This document shows positions 1 through 12,101 of a stretch of 64,000 nt of DNA, in pieces. This DNA is from the human T2T-CHM13v2.0 reference genome, Homo sapiens. Numbering within the stretch: the first letter of the stretch is position 1; each line of letters opens with the position of its first letter. The position numbers and the translations under genes were made by a program. The DNA lies in assembly GCF_009914755.1 (NCBI RefSeq), contig NC_060928.1; one strand, 5' to 3'. Below the pieces are notes generated by a model that did no database searches, was not told where the DNA came from, and saw nothing but the letters and a program-made list of their open reading frames with translations.

Positions 1-410
1 ATGGATGCTGGAAAACGAACCAGGTGGGATTTAGGAGTTTGTATGGCAATATGCAGAGGTGCACTGACATGAAGCAAGAGCCTCAGTCTGGATTCTGGAA
101 CCTCAGACTATGCCAAAAGAAAGGCTATGTAGCCCTTACATCTCCCTTAACTTCCCTTCATATGTGTGAGCAGCCCTTGGTTGTGGGAGTGTTTCTGGAC
201 TCTGAGGCTGGAGTTGTATCCTTTTACAACATGAGTACTGGCTACCACATCTTCACCTTCCCAAAGGCTTCCTTCTCTGATACTATCCGGCCCTATTTCC
301 AGGTTTATCAATATTCTCCTTTGTTCCTGCCTCCCCCAGATGGTTAAGGAAAAGAGCAAAGTCTCATTGGTTTAACCATCACAGAGAATATAATGTAAAT
401 CCCATAAGGG
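1..410 (+). pseudogene. TRIM38-like pseudogene fragment (C-terminal B30.2/SPRY region plus proximal 3'UTR), cut by the window edge
   Basis: Frame 1 reads [15 protein letters not shown], then frame 3 reads [33 protein letters not shown]...[13 protein letters not shown]...[32 protein letters not shown] (TAA 345-347). This matches the remembered TRIM38 C-terminus ([25 protein letters not shown]...[11 protein letters not shown]). A 1-nt deletion near 46-50 shifts the frame, and frame 1 stops at TGA 70-72. The LDYEAG motif is changed to LDSEAG. Confidence 0.88.
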
Positions 411-1674
411 CCAATATATATATATTGCATGCAAAATAGCCTGTATCTGGCTTTTTAGAATATGACTGATAAATGGCTCTTGTAAGTTTTTCATTAAACA
501 ATTTAAAGATGAATCCACCAAAGTTCACTACTTAAAGGAAATGTATAAATGTGATTTTCTAGATCAACTTCTTGTTTTCTCTCTTGATTTGCAATAGATT
601 AAGAGTAAATAATGTTATAATTTTATGTTGTTTCATAGGTTCAACAACCTTTCATATATCTTTATTGGGCAAGTAGTAAGTTGAAAGTAAATGTTTGTTG
701 AAATTAAATTTGACTCATACAATAACTCTAGGAGGTAAGAGATATTATCTCTGCTTTCTATGGTATTATATTCAAAGTAGGCAAAGTTAGTTATAAATGC
801 ATAAAAGCCTCAGTTTCATCTTTTAGTTAGATTCTAAGGATGTAGATACAGCAGTTGAACAACTGGGAAAACTGTGAAAACACCTTCAGTAGAAGAGTCT
901 GTCCTATTTAGACATTAGAATTGGATTTAAAGAGACCCTGGGATATGATTGATTGTCATTATGTTGAAAGGAATACTCAGCATTTTGCTCCAAGAGCTTT
1001 TTTTTTCCCCCTGTAAGATTTGGACCAAACATAAGTTACTTTCTCAGGGAATTCATGGGGAATGCTTTGAAGAGTTTCATCTCTTTAGTGTAAAACATTA
1101 TTTAACAAGAATTTGGCTTTGATCAATACTCTTTGAATAAGGATAGGTTATTACCCCAGTTCGTTTTTTTCTTTTATCAGTCCTTGTATTAAATTAGAAA
1201 TTACATTGGAAATCTCATTTTCTTGGGGAGGGGATCCTTGGAAAATGTCGAAGTGAGATTTAACTGTGTATTGTTTAGTTATTCATTTTAAGAGTGGTTT
1301 ATGAAAGATTTGTTAAAGTTTTTTCATTTTTCCTATTATAAGTGGTAATAAGAGAAAACCTTGGTAGTCATAGTTATGGCCACAATTATAGTGACACAAT
1401 TAGACTGGCTGACATTTACTTGATAATTTAATTCAATTATTGCCTTTTTAAACATATGTGTGATAGCTGCTAAGTATGGCTATAGAAAGTATGGCTATAA
1501 TTTTTGCTTGGGGTGATAAACAATTTATGTAGCAACAAAAAAGTTATAATTTTAGAAATCTTACTGATCCTTGGACCAGGAAAAGGGATTGTATTTTACG
1601 TGAGCGCTACCCAAATTATCTTGTCACATAGAATTGTGTTTTATAAATAAAATGCCCTTGTTAGTTATTTGTTG

Positions 1675-1756
1675 AAAGAAAGAGAAGGGAGGAAGGAAGG
1701 GAGGGAGGAAGGGCAGGAGGAAGACAGGAAGGAAGGAAGGAAGGAAGGAAGGAAGA
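1675..1756. repeat. GA-rich / (GGAA)n simple repeat
   Basis: Purine-rich tract with 7 consecutive GGAA units at 1727-1754. Confidence 0.95.
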
Positions 1757-1824
1757 AAAATATCTTCTCAAATTTCAAATTGGGTAATAATAATACTGTA
1801 ATATAATGATTGAAAATACACGCT

Positions 1825-2199
<375 letters not shown>

Positions 2200-2209
2200 C
2201 TACATATAC

Positions 2210-2410
2210 AGGACTAGAATTCCTCATCCATGATTCTAAAATTCAAGAAATGTTTGTTTTAAGCTCAATTAGCAGCAAGACCAGACATGACCTGAACTCA
2301 CTTGGTAGCAAAAACTATCCTTAAATGGACATAATATGGTGATGTACTGTATTATCTCTCTAAAAGAGAAATAACTTCACATTCTGAGACACTTCTGTCT
2401 ATGTGAGTTT
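2210..2410. mobile_element. MER46C-like TcMar-Tigger fossil nested in a MIR
   Basis: GATTCTAAAATTCAAGAAA...GACCTGAACTCACTTGGTAGCAAAAA resembles MER46C; MIR sequence on both flanks. Confidence 0.5.
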
Positions 2411-2419
2411 GTAGCTGTG

Positions 2420-2520
2420 TACTAACTCATTTAGCCTTTGCGAGGACCTTATGAGGTTGGCACTATTATTATGTCCATTTTACAGAGAAACAATTGAAAC
2501 AGAGAGGTTAGGAAAGAAAT
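2420..2520 (-). mobile_element. MIR core fragment
   Basis: TATTATTATGTCCATTTTACAGAGAAACAATTGAAACAGAGAGGTTA is the antisense MIR core. Confidence 0.8.
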
Positions 2521-3954
2521 ATTTACCAATAATGACTGTTTTAAAGTCTGCAATCCTCTGGTTAGAAAATTCCTTGAAAAAAAAATTTTTAAGAAAGTTT
2601 CGATATATCACCAGTCTTCAAGTCATCTTTCAGATTCACCAGAGGGAAAAGGGGATTGCCATGACTACTTACATGTTAAAACTTCTGGGATTTATTATAA
2701 TATTTCTGCTACTATTTCTAGAAAGTTCCAAATGTATTATGATAAAAAAGTAGAAATATGTTTTTTTGGGTGGTTCTTACTGCCAAAGTGTAATTATTCC
2801 CTCCCATATGGAGCTCCAAAACATAGTAAAAGGGAGCATTTTACTGACATCTGGCTTTATTTTTGCTTGTTACATCTTCCAGACCCCACCCTTGGTTACT
2901 TCACATAATATACATTACACATATCTTACTATACTGTGAGAAGGTTCAGAAAAATTGCTGTGACAACTAATTAGTATTTACTTAGCGGATAGTACAACAT
3001 TAGCATTTACTTAATTCAAGAGTAGTCTTGTTTAATTTAAGGCTACACATCCTATAATTATTATGGGCTTTTAAATTTAGGTACTTATTGAAATTTAAGT
3101 TTAAATTGCAATGTAGTCATGTTTTCACATCAATTTTAAATATCTTTCTGCATGTAATGAATATCATATTTAACAGTTTTACCCAGGTTTTTTTTTTTTC
3201 AGATTTTAAAGTTAGTGGTTAAATAAACATAATCCAGTAATTTATTTCCAATAAACTCTTAGGATTTGTTGCATGATTTGGTGGTCTATGTGCACTGATA
3301 GGTTTCATAGATGATGGCAGAGCCCTCGTGACTACATTGAAGAGAAACTGTCAACACAAACTTATGCTTGTAGTATGGTCCTTGTCAAAGTTGTTGCCTT
3401 TGGCATTTTTGCTAATCATTAATGCAAAAGGATCTTGTTTTTGCCTTCAGAGGAGATCAGTGCAAAGTTAATGCAGAACATCTTACCGACTGTGGGAGCA
3501 GAGGGTGGTTTTAAACTACTGCAGGGGAAGAAGCCAGTTGCCTAGTTGAAGGGTAACACTGTTTACAATGCATGTGGTTGCTGTTGTGATAAGCCTCCAA
3601 AGAATGTGGGGAGGAAGGATAATGCAGGCCAACTCTGATTGCTTTTGGAATGTGGCAATTTGTCCTTGGTTATCATTGGTGTTTAACATGATTTGATAGA
3701 ATCGCTTTAGATCTATCTGAAAACTGCCAGTGATCTGAGAAAACCCTATAGCCTACCACAGTTGGTTAGCCCACCCTTTCAGTGTAGACTCCTACTCACT
3801 TCCTCCCTGCCTGTCTACACTCATTCTGTCAAATTCACATTGTCACATGTTCATGTTCACATACCTTTAAGGAATGTGAATCTTTATCTTTCTCCTCTTT
3901 ATCTCTCTCTCTGTCATGAGTGCATGATAGAGACAGACATACAGGCACACACAA

Positions 3955-3958
<4 letters not shown>

Positions 3959-3986
<28 letters not shown>
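3959..3986. repeat. (AC)n microsatellite
   Basis: 14 AC units seen directly. Confidence 0.97.
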
Positions 3987-3989
<3 letters not shown>

Positions 3990-4668
3990 TAGCTTTTCTT
4001 CCGAGGCATCCAAGATTCTTCTCTAGTTAGATGACACTTCTTGTATGTTTGTGAAGAACCATAGTCCTATAAAAATATTCTAATTAAATTATTTTTTCAA
4101 GGGCCTAACTTGATGAAGAACATAAGGCTATCAAGAAACCATTATCTCCGCCTATAAGTGAGAGTTGAAATCTTACAGCATGTGTTAAAACCTATGATGA
4201 AACTACACGTGAATGACAAGCTTCTTGTGTGGTAAGAGATTATTAATTTAGAAATATCTTGATTAATCAAGGATGGTCAATGAGATTTTTTCAGTCAAGA
4301 AATCTAGTCAGAATGTAGGAAATATTCTGCATCTGTTTTTTTTCAGTTTTGCTTCTGGGGAAAAATGAAGACTATTAATTGTGACCTTACAAAGGACAAG
4401 TGCGCATTTTCCTAGATAAGTTGTGTGAAGGCCATTGAGACCTTCCCGCTGAAGAAGAAAGAGGCTTAAACAGATAGTACTGAGAACCATTGATTCTCTT
4501 TGAAGCCTCAAAGTAAAATCAATTTCAAGTTTTGTTTTGTTCATTAAAGTTAAGAGAACGATCAATTTTAGACTGAGCCAAGAATGAAAACATTAAAATA
4601 CTGGCTATTCTGTAACTTAACTGGGATGGGAGAATAGACACAGAATAGTTCCCAGATTTGTCTTAATC

Positions 4669-4992
4669 CAGTGGTTTCTGAACAGTGTGCCAAGGCACCC
4701 TGGCATGCTGCAGCAAACTCACAGGAGGGCTGTGGGACGTTTTACATTTTCCAGCGAAACACAGCAACCCTCGATACCTTTTGGTCATAATGAAGCTTGA
4801 GATAGTTCACAGTTTCCTCACTGATCATGCTACGTTCTTTTTGCTGATACTGTGTCTTTATAAAGCTGAGTTTTTGGTGATTTCTAACTAGTTAATAAAT
4901 ATAATTATTAGACATTTCTTTGGGTCTAGGAGTGCTGTGAAAAAATTACTGAAACAATAAGGGTACCATACACCAAAAAATTGGGAACTTTT
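4669..4992. mobile_element. hAT-Charlie family non-autonomous element
   Basis: Begins CAGTGGTTTCTGAAC and ends AAAATTGGGAAC, typical Charlie-type terminal inverted repeats; subfamily not assigned. Confidence 0.6.
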
Positions 4993-6630
4993 GCTTTTAC
5001 TCTGTGTGTGTATGTGTGTGTAGGCAAACAAATTTTGTTAGTGGTAATTAATATTTATGTATTTATTCTAATACATAGTTTTATAGAAACATTATTGGTA
5101 ATTTGGGATATTAGACTGTATTTTCTTTGAATCTATAAATTATGTTTATAGGAAGTCATTCTGATTAGATTACAAGAATTTAAATAAGTAATACCATTCA
5201 CCTGGTGGCAGCTTAGCCAAAGTACATACTATATCCAGTGCTTTGGTTGTAGAGCATTTCTCAGCATCATGGCTCAGAAGTGAAACCATATCTGCATTCC
5301 TCTGATTTTCTCACCCAGTTCTTGAGATTAAAAGAAGCTTAAATTTGCCCATTTGAATAGAATGCCCTGTTTTCAGTAAGCCCCATTGAGGGCTACTCTA
5401 CCTTGGGATCTCGTGTCTTTATTGCCTCTGTGAAGTAGACAAGAGTTAAGTTAATGGGCTAAAAACCAAAGATGAAGAGAGAGCTTAGAGGATGAAATTT
5501 AGGGAGATCACAAAATTGTGTTTACTCAGAGTATCAATTTTGTAATTCTTTTCCAAAATTTCTGAGTCCTAGGGCTGGCCAGTGAGTTAACAATTTCACA
5601 TGTTGTAATCTAATTAAAGTATCTTGTTTGCTCCCAGTTCTACCAACTATTCCAATTCCTTTGGTGTGCCTAAAAGGGGAAATTTATAATCTAATTTCTA
5701 TTTCTTTGTGTGTTATGGCATTTGGACAGTGGCCATGGTTTGCAGACCTGTCAAGATGATAATAACTTTCATCTCTGCATTGGGAGAATGTTTGGAGCTC
5801 AATGTACACCTACCAGTTTCACATTGCTGTCAGTGAGAATCACCTCTAAGGATCTTCTCAGCTCTTCTTCTGTCTGCATGGCCCATTACCCTCTTCTCAG
5901 CACCCCGTTTGCTTACTCAATTATGGCTGTCACATGTGATCTGAGCACTGCTGAAAAGCTGCATCCTTTTCTTCATGACGCCTATTAAGTCTGTGTCAGT
6001 GGGGAGCAGCTTCTGAAAACCTCAAGGTGGGATGCTCCCCACAAGCCAGCGATTGCAAGCACTGGTGTAACTGTGTTCTTGTCTTGACATTGCTAATATC
6101 TGTATCCAGTTGTCATTCCTCAGCTCTCTAGAATTCTCTACAAAGACATTGATTTCATTTAAAATATATTTTTTTCTCCTTGAATTTCCTATACACAAGA
6201 TTCATGTTACATTTGAGGCATCCCTTTCTGTAATTGGATCTTAATTGACAACTAGGGCTAGATGTGGCTTATGGAAATAACTTACAGAAGTTACCCAATC
6301 CTTCCAAGTTGAATAGTTTTTCAACGAGATTTTGTACAGCTCAAACTTATAAAGTAGACAAATGCAAAGTTGGCCTGCCTCCAATCAGAGCATGAGCCTA
6401 AAGCCTCCCTCACTGACAATCCCCCTCATTTTCTTTTCCAAAAATCTCTCTCCTTCACCTAACAAAGCTAGGCCTTAGGGAACACCTTTAGAATGAATTG
6501 ATTAACATGATATTGGTAAATTTAGAAAGAGAACTCATCTTTTGATTTTCAGGAAAATGTTCCATTTATTAAATGCATACAGCATCCCATTCTTAGCAGC
6601 TCAAGTGATAATTCAGAGTTAGGCATACAG

Positions 6631-6831
6631 CAGAGGTTGACAAACTGTCACAGCAGGCCAAACCCAACCCTCCACTTGATTTTGTCAATAAAGTTATATC
6701 AGAACATGCACATTTATTTATGTAACATTTATGGATGCTTTCATGCTACAAAGGCAGAGTTTAGGAGAGACTAGATACCCCACAGAGCCTAAAACATTTA
6801 TTTTCTGGCAATTCAAACAAAAAGTTTGCCA
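6631..6831. mobile_element. MER58A (hAT-Charlie)
   Basis: CAGAGGTTGACAAACT...TTTTGTCAATAAAGTT...GCTACAAAGGCAGAGTT...GCCTAAAACATTTA...AAAAGTTTGCC follows the MER58A consensus. Confidence 0.85.
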
Positions 6832-8194
6832 GAAAAATATTTTCTGGGAGCCATGTGCTCAGCAATCTACAAGCAAACAGCTTATGATAACCTACAATTT
6901 ATGATTCACAAATCAGTAATTTAAGATATCCAGATAACTGGTATGGTTTAAATCCAGTTTTTCACTATTTACTCTTTTAGAATACATTGACATTTAAAGT
7001 TGATATTAAACTTTATTTTAATTTTATTCCTTTTTTGATCTAATAAAATTTCCGCATTTTCAGTTTACACTTCAAAAAAGGTGAAAATTTTCCTCTGACA
7101 TTCTCAATTTAAAAAGAGTTTTCAGATTTTGAATGCATCGATATGATGTGAAAGCTACTCTGTACCAAGGAAGGAAATTCTCTCTTCCCCAACTCAGGCT
7201 TTGAATAACTTCAGATCAATGTATGAGCAATGTCCTTGCTTTTATCTAATATGAAGAAAGCCAGTGTGCTGATGGCCTCTGAAAAGCTTTCCGAGTTGGC
7301 CCAAGATGAAATAAACTCTCCTTAAAGTAAAATAAATGGTACCCCACAAAGCTATTATACAACACATGCCATCAACACTGTCTTCCCATTTTTAATAATA
7401 CATCATAGCAGAGAAAGAAGCTAGTAGAAGAATCAACTTCTCCTAGTGAGAAAGATCTGAAAGTGATTTTACTCCTCTATTTTTCTTTTAAAGGAGTTCT
7501 CCCCTTGGGCCCTATTCTTTAAGAAATACAAGTAATAATAATCTAAGAAAAGGTGATATCATTTATTGGCCTTCTTCAAAGAATAGTGCTTATTTAGTTG
7601 ACTTAGCAAAATATTTTAAATTGACTAAGGTCTTGAATAAATGTTTAATTTTTTTGGTGGGGGCAGGGGGGTGTCAATGATAATTTCCATTCCATGATCT
7701 TCAGCATGTAAAAACTATCAAGTCATAAAATATTATAAAAATCCGGACTTGCTTTTTTTTTTTTTTAACATTGTGTGGCCTAAAAGAAACTATATGAGAC
7801 AATAAGAAATTAGAAGGCAAGAAAATAAAAGAATGCTACCAAAATAGAAATAAATAGGTTATTTGGTTGATAGGTATTACTAGAGAAAATTCAAACATTA
7901 TGTTGTTGTTAATCAGTTATGCTTGCTGAATAAACAACTCTGCATAGTACTCTGTTAGCTATGTTAGGGCAATATTCAGAGGTGTGTGTATGTGTGCACG
8001 TATATGTATGTGTGAATTAAGAGACATGTAATATATATTGTTCACATGTTTGACACACTCAGTGACTATAGCCACAGCCATGATTTTAGGCTATTTGGAG
8101 GTTTACCTTTAGCCCACTCAAGAAAATATATCTAGAAAGTAAGAGTGACTTTATTATAATAGTAGCCTGGATGCATTCTAGCATATCATCCCTG

Positions 8195-8785
8195 TGGTAA
8201 GAGGACTTTTCTCAGTTGCACCTGGTAGAAACCTAATGCCAAGAGAAACTTTATTGCCCCCACATAATATTAAGTCGGTGCAAAAGTAATTGCGGTTTTC
8301 CCATCAAAATGGAAAAACCGCAATTACTTTTGCATAAACCTAATAGAAAAGCACAGACGTAAAACTGAGTAGCTTCTATTTCCCTTCCTCTGTCAACTCT
8401 TCTTTCCTCCGTGTTGGTTTTATTCTCAAGTATGCTTTTTCCACTTGGTGGCAAAAAATGTCTCTGGTAGCACCAGGCTTGTACAGTCTTTGGTACCAAT
8501 GATCTAAAAGGAAAAGAAGTTCCTCCCACTCCCCCAATCACAGCATTTAGTTTAATACTGAAAGTGACTCTAATTGACCTTGTGTAGCCAATTTCTCACC
8601 CTTGGACTGATGAATGTGCCTAGGGGTCTGAAGTAGCGCATCACATGCCCACCCCTGTAGGTGCGGAGGAAAGTCCTTTTATTGACAGCAGACTCAAAAA
8701 AAGCAGGAGGAGTTTACAAGATGAAAAGGATTTTGTACTAGAAGAGCAGGGAGGGATGGTGGCAGGCAGAAAGCACAGATTATTT
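8195..8785 (-). mobile_element. Old MaLR LTR (MLT1J/K/L-like), interrupted by MADE1
   Basis: GTTGCA...AGAAACC start and CCACTTGGTGGCAAAAAATG...AGCACCAGGCTT motif, both typical of old MLT1. Confidence 0.5.
8270..8343. mobile_element. MADE1 (Hsmar1-derived mariner MITE)
   Basis: TTAAGTCGGTGCAAAAGTAATTGCGGTTTT...AAAACCGCAATTACTTTTGCATAAACCTAA palindrome; TA target duplication at 8268-8269 and 8344-8345. Confidence 0.96.
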
Positions 8786-10994
8786 CTTCAATTTTTGTAC
8801 TCGAACTACTGTTAGAAATAAAATCTTCATGGCACCTCTTGTAAGTGACCATGGCATATCAGTTTGTCTTGACGTGACAGCCGGGCATAGTTATTTTAGT
8901 GAGCTTTAAAACAAGGGCGAGACAGTCCCTGCCCATAAAGGTCATTGGTCAATTCTTAGAACAAATCTCTAGTAGTTCATATGCTTCTTCGGTGACTTAA
9001 AAATGTCAGGGAGAGAAAAAGAATTTAGATAGTAAATGGAATCCAAAAATCCCTGAGATTTAGACTGCAACATTTAAATTGCAGGAAATCTCACCCTCAG
9101 AAATATAGCTTTAGTAAATACTGATTTTTTTATGAAGACTGAAGAAATCACTAACTTTACCTCATTTGTTTTTTGTTTTCTCTATACTATCTAAACTACA
9201 AGAATGACTGTGGTATAATTTCTTAATGTTCTTCTTCATATTTTTAGAAGAGATTTTCCTAGAGATGTAATATGTTGGATGCTTTTATGCAAATGTTATC
9301 CTATTGAACTGTTTGTACAAGCATGTGGACCAGTTTAGCCTACAATGATGCAAAAACATTTTCAAGACCTTACATATAATTTATACTTATATTGAAATGA
9401 GTATAATTTATATCATATAATTTATATCCTCATAAAATTCAGAAATCCAAAAGACGATGAAGATCCATGCTTTACAGGGAAAGAAAAAGTGACTAAATTA
9501 TTTCCAATTTGGTTAAATCAGGAGCCTCCAATTCATTTTAATCATGTATCTATGTAAGTAAAAATATTACATATCTAAATGAGTAAAAACATTATGGCTA
9601 TGTATCTCAATATAATCATTTTAAAATTTATGAATTATAGAAAGACATTTTAAATATAAGTAAAGCTTGATTTCTTTCTTATGTTTTAAGATTAAACATA
9701 AATATAAGCAGATGTTCTTTCTCACCCTTTTAGATGATCATGCATACTCTGTTTTAGACACCACTGATTTGAACAACTACGAAATAAGAAGAGAAATAGA
9801 TACTATATACTTTCACGTGGATTTTGGCAACATGGTAAATTTACTTTGCTTTGGCAGGAAAATTATAGATTTTGATGGGCTGACTTGGTTTCTGGGCTCA
9901 GTGTGGTTACTTCATGGAATTAGCCTTCAAAGACTTGTCAATACAGGACATGACTCTATGTGGGTATCTACATGAATTTGTGCTTTTTTTCTTGGTTTTC
10001 CTGATTTTAATCCTGAAATTGAGAATTGTATAGGAAAATTTTGAGTATTTCACCCTCAGAAATATTTCTGAATACTCCAAATATTAGAAAGCAAGTTCTA
10101 AGCCTGGGTCCTAAGAAGTCTGAAGGAATTGACTTCTTTCTCTTTCATGTCGGCAGCCCTCTTCTCATAGGCATTTCCCATTTGAAACTCACTACTGTTG
10201 AGTCCTTCAATCAGTATTAGAAGGCCAATACTGATTAGAAATACTCTAATTGGCTGCCTATTAGAGTATTCTGGAAACACAGCTTACCTTCCAGGTTATG
10301 TTATACTTAAAATATAAAACCTAGAATGCCTGAGTAACTTCAAGATTTAAAAACAATGATGATGGGAATTGATATATTTCATCGCAATCATCTTCTATTT
10401 TTCCTCAAATCTTCACTAGAATTAAGTCATTTGGAACACGTGAGATGTTTTCAAATTTTGGGTTAGGGATAAGGGAGGGAGTTTGTACAGACATAGAAAG
10501 GACAAAATATCCCCCCCGAGACTTGGTTTTAGCACATATTGTGTCTTTTAAATCTTCTCACTGCCCAGGTCTGACCCATATGTCACAAATGATTTGAGAG
10601 ATTAATGCTGAATAAATATCTATTCAAGCTATAACTTGGCCTGTCTTTCAGATTTACATCATTTTATAAGTTCCTAAATGTTAAAAAAAATCTTCCTTGT
10701 TCAGAGTTAAGTATGAATATGCATTTCCTTCTGAAGAAATCATTTTTGTGAATTTAAACTTATTGAAAATAGAATACTGTGTGTCTGGCTTACTCATAAT
10801 AGATTTGCCTAGAATTTTTTTTCTCTGCTTTAAGTAAGGTCTTGATAACCCAAATTCTCATAAGATTATAAAATTAGAGAATTAAATAAGTTAGGAATGA
10901 CCTTGCAGAGTAATTTTATCTGCTCTAGGCAAGAATATACTCAAACCCTTTCAGAAAAGGTGAAGATACAGTCTGTTTTTAAATTCCATCACCT

Positions 10995-11116
10995 CTTAAT
11001 TCCAGCAAATTGGGAGGCCAAGGCGGTAGGATTAACTGAGGCCAGAAGTTTGAGATGAGCCTGTGCAGCATAGGGAGACCTCATCTCTACAAAAATAAAA
11101 AAATAAAAAAATAAAA
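10995..11116 (+). mobile_element. FLAM / AluJ left monomer
   Basis: TAATTCCAGC...GGGAGGCCAAGGCGG...CATCTCTACAAAAATAAAA with no right arm. Confidence 0.85.
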
Positions 11117-11129
11117 GTTTTTATCACCT

Positions 11130-11365
11130 TGTAGTGGGTTAACTGGTGGCCCTCAAAAGGATATGTCCACGTCCTAATCCCTGAAATGTGTTACTATTAC
11201 CTTACTTGAAAAAAGAACCTTTTCAGATAAACTTATTAAGGACCTCCAGATGAGGTCATTATTCCAGGTTATCTGGGTAGGCCTAAATCCCATGACAAGT
11301 GTCCTTGTAAGAGACAGAATAGGAAACGGTATAGACACACAGAGTAGAAGGCAATATGAAATAAA
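11130..11365 (+). mobile_element. MLT1C/D-like LTR, 5' part
   Basis: TGTAGTGGGTTAACTGGTGGCCCTCAAAAGGATATGTCCACGTCCTAATCCCTG...GTGTCCTTGTAAGAGAC. Confidence 0.8.
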
Positions 11366-11416
11366 AACAACACAGCTTCAGTTCTGTATCCCAGCATCTG
11401 TTTAACATTCACTCAG

Positions 11417-12101
11417 TGTACTGGGTAGAATTGGATACTCCAAAAAGACATGTTTAATTCCTAACTCCTAGTCCCTGTAAATGTGACATTATGCTTATGT
11501 GGAAGTAGGATAGGATTTTTACAGATGTCATCAAGTTAAGATGAGGTCATACTGCATTGGGGTAGGCCTTAATCCAATGACTAATGTTCCTTTTTTTTTT
11601 TTTTTTTTTTTTTTTTGAGACAGAGTCTTGCTCTGTCATCCAAGCTGGAGTGCAATGGCTCAGACTTGGCTCACTGCAACCTCCACCTCCAGGGTTCAAG
11701 TGATCCTCCCACCTCAGCCTCCTGAATAGCTGGGATTACAAGTGTGCACCACTGTGCCTGGCCCAGTGACTAATGTTCTTATAAGAAGGAGGAAATTTGG
11801 ACAGAAAGAGGAGGACAACATGTGAAGATGAGACACACCCGGGAGAGTGCCACATGAAGAGGGAGGCAGAGATTGAGTGGTGCATCCTCAAGCCAGAGAA
11901 CACCAGCAAAGACTGGCAACCAGCAGGAACTAGCGAGAGCCATGGAATGTATTCTTCCCCAGAGCCTCTGGAGAGGGCACCGCCCTGTCGACGTCGTGAT
12001 TTTGGACTCCTGGCCTCAGAACTGTGAGATGATGAAGTTCTGTTGTCTTAAGCCACCCAGTTTGTGGTGATTTGTTATGGCAGGCACAGGACACTAACGC
12101 A
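11417..12101 (+). mobile_element. MLT1B/C-like solo LTR, interrupted by an Alu monomer
   Basis: AAGTTAAGATGAGGTCATAC...TGATTTTGGACTCCTGGCCTCAGAACTGTGAGA...AAGCCACCCAGTTTGTGGTGATTTGTTATGGCAG...ACTAA. Confidence 0.88.
11591..11763 (-). mobile_element. Single Alu monomer (FRAM-like / right arm) with TSD
   Basis: 26-T tail, one monomer ending GCCTGGCC; TSD CA(A/G)TGACTAATGTTC at 11575-11589 and 11764-11778. Confidence 0.92.

Noticed and set aside
24-347. 107-aa ORF as a functional gene
   Set aside because: It starts at GTG in the shifted frame; the first residues (MGFRSLYG) are out of frame relative to the TRIM38-like homology
1473-1500. Short tandem duplications (AAGTATGGCTATA here; also near 23027, 43583 and 51654)
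   Set aside because: Ordinary 12-19 bp slippage duplications with no further structure
8441-8454. CTCF-like CCACTTGGTGGCAA
   Set aside because: Lacks the conserved AG of the core and is a generic old-MLT1 motif
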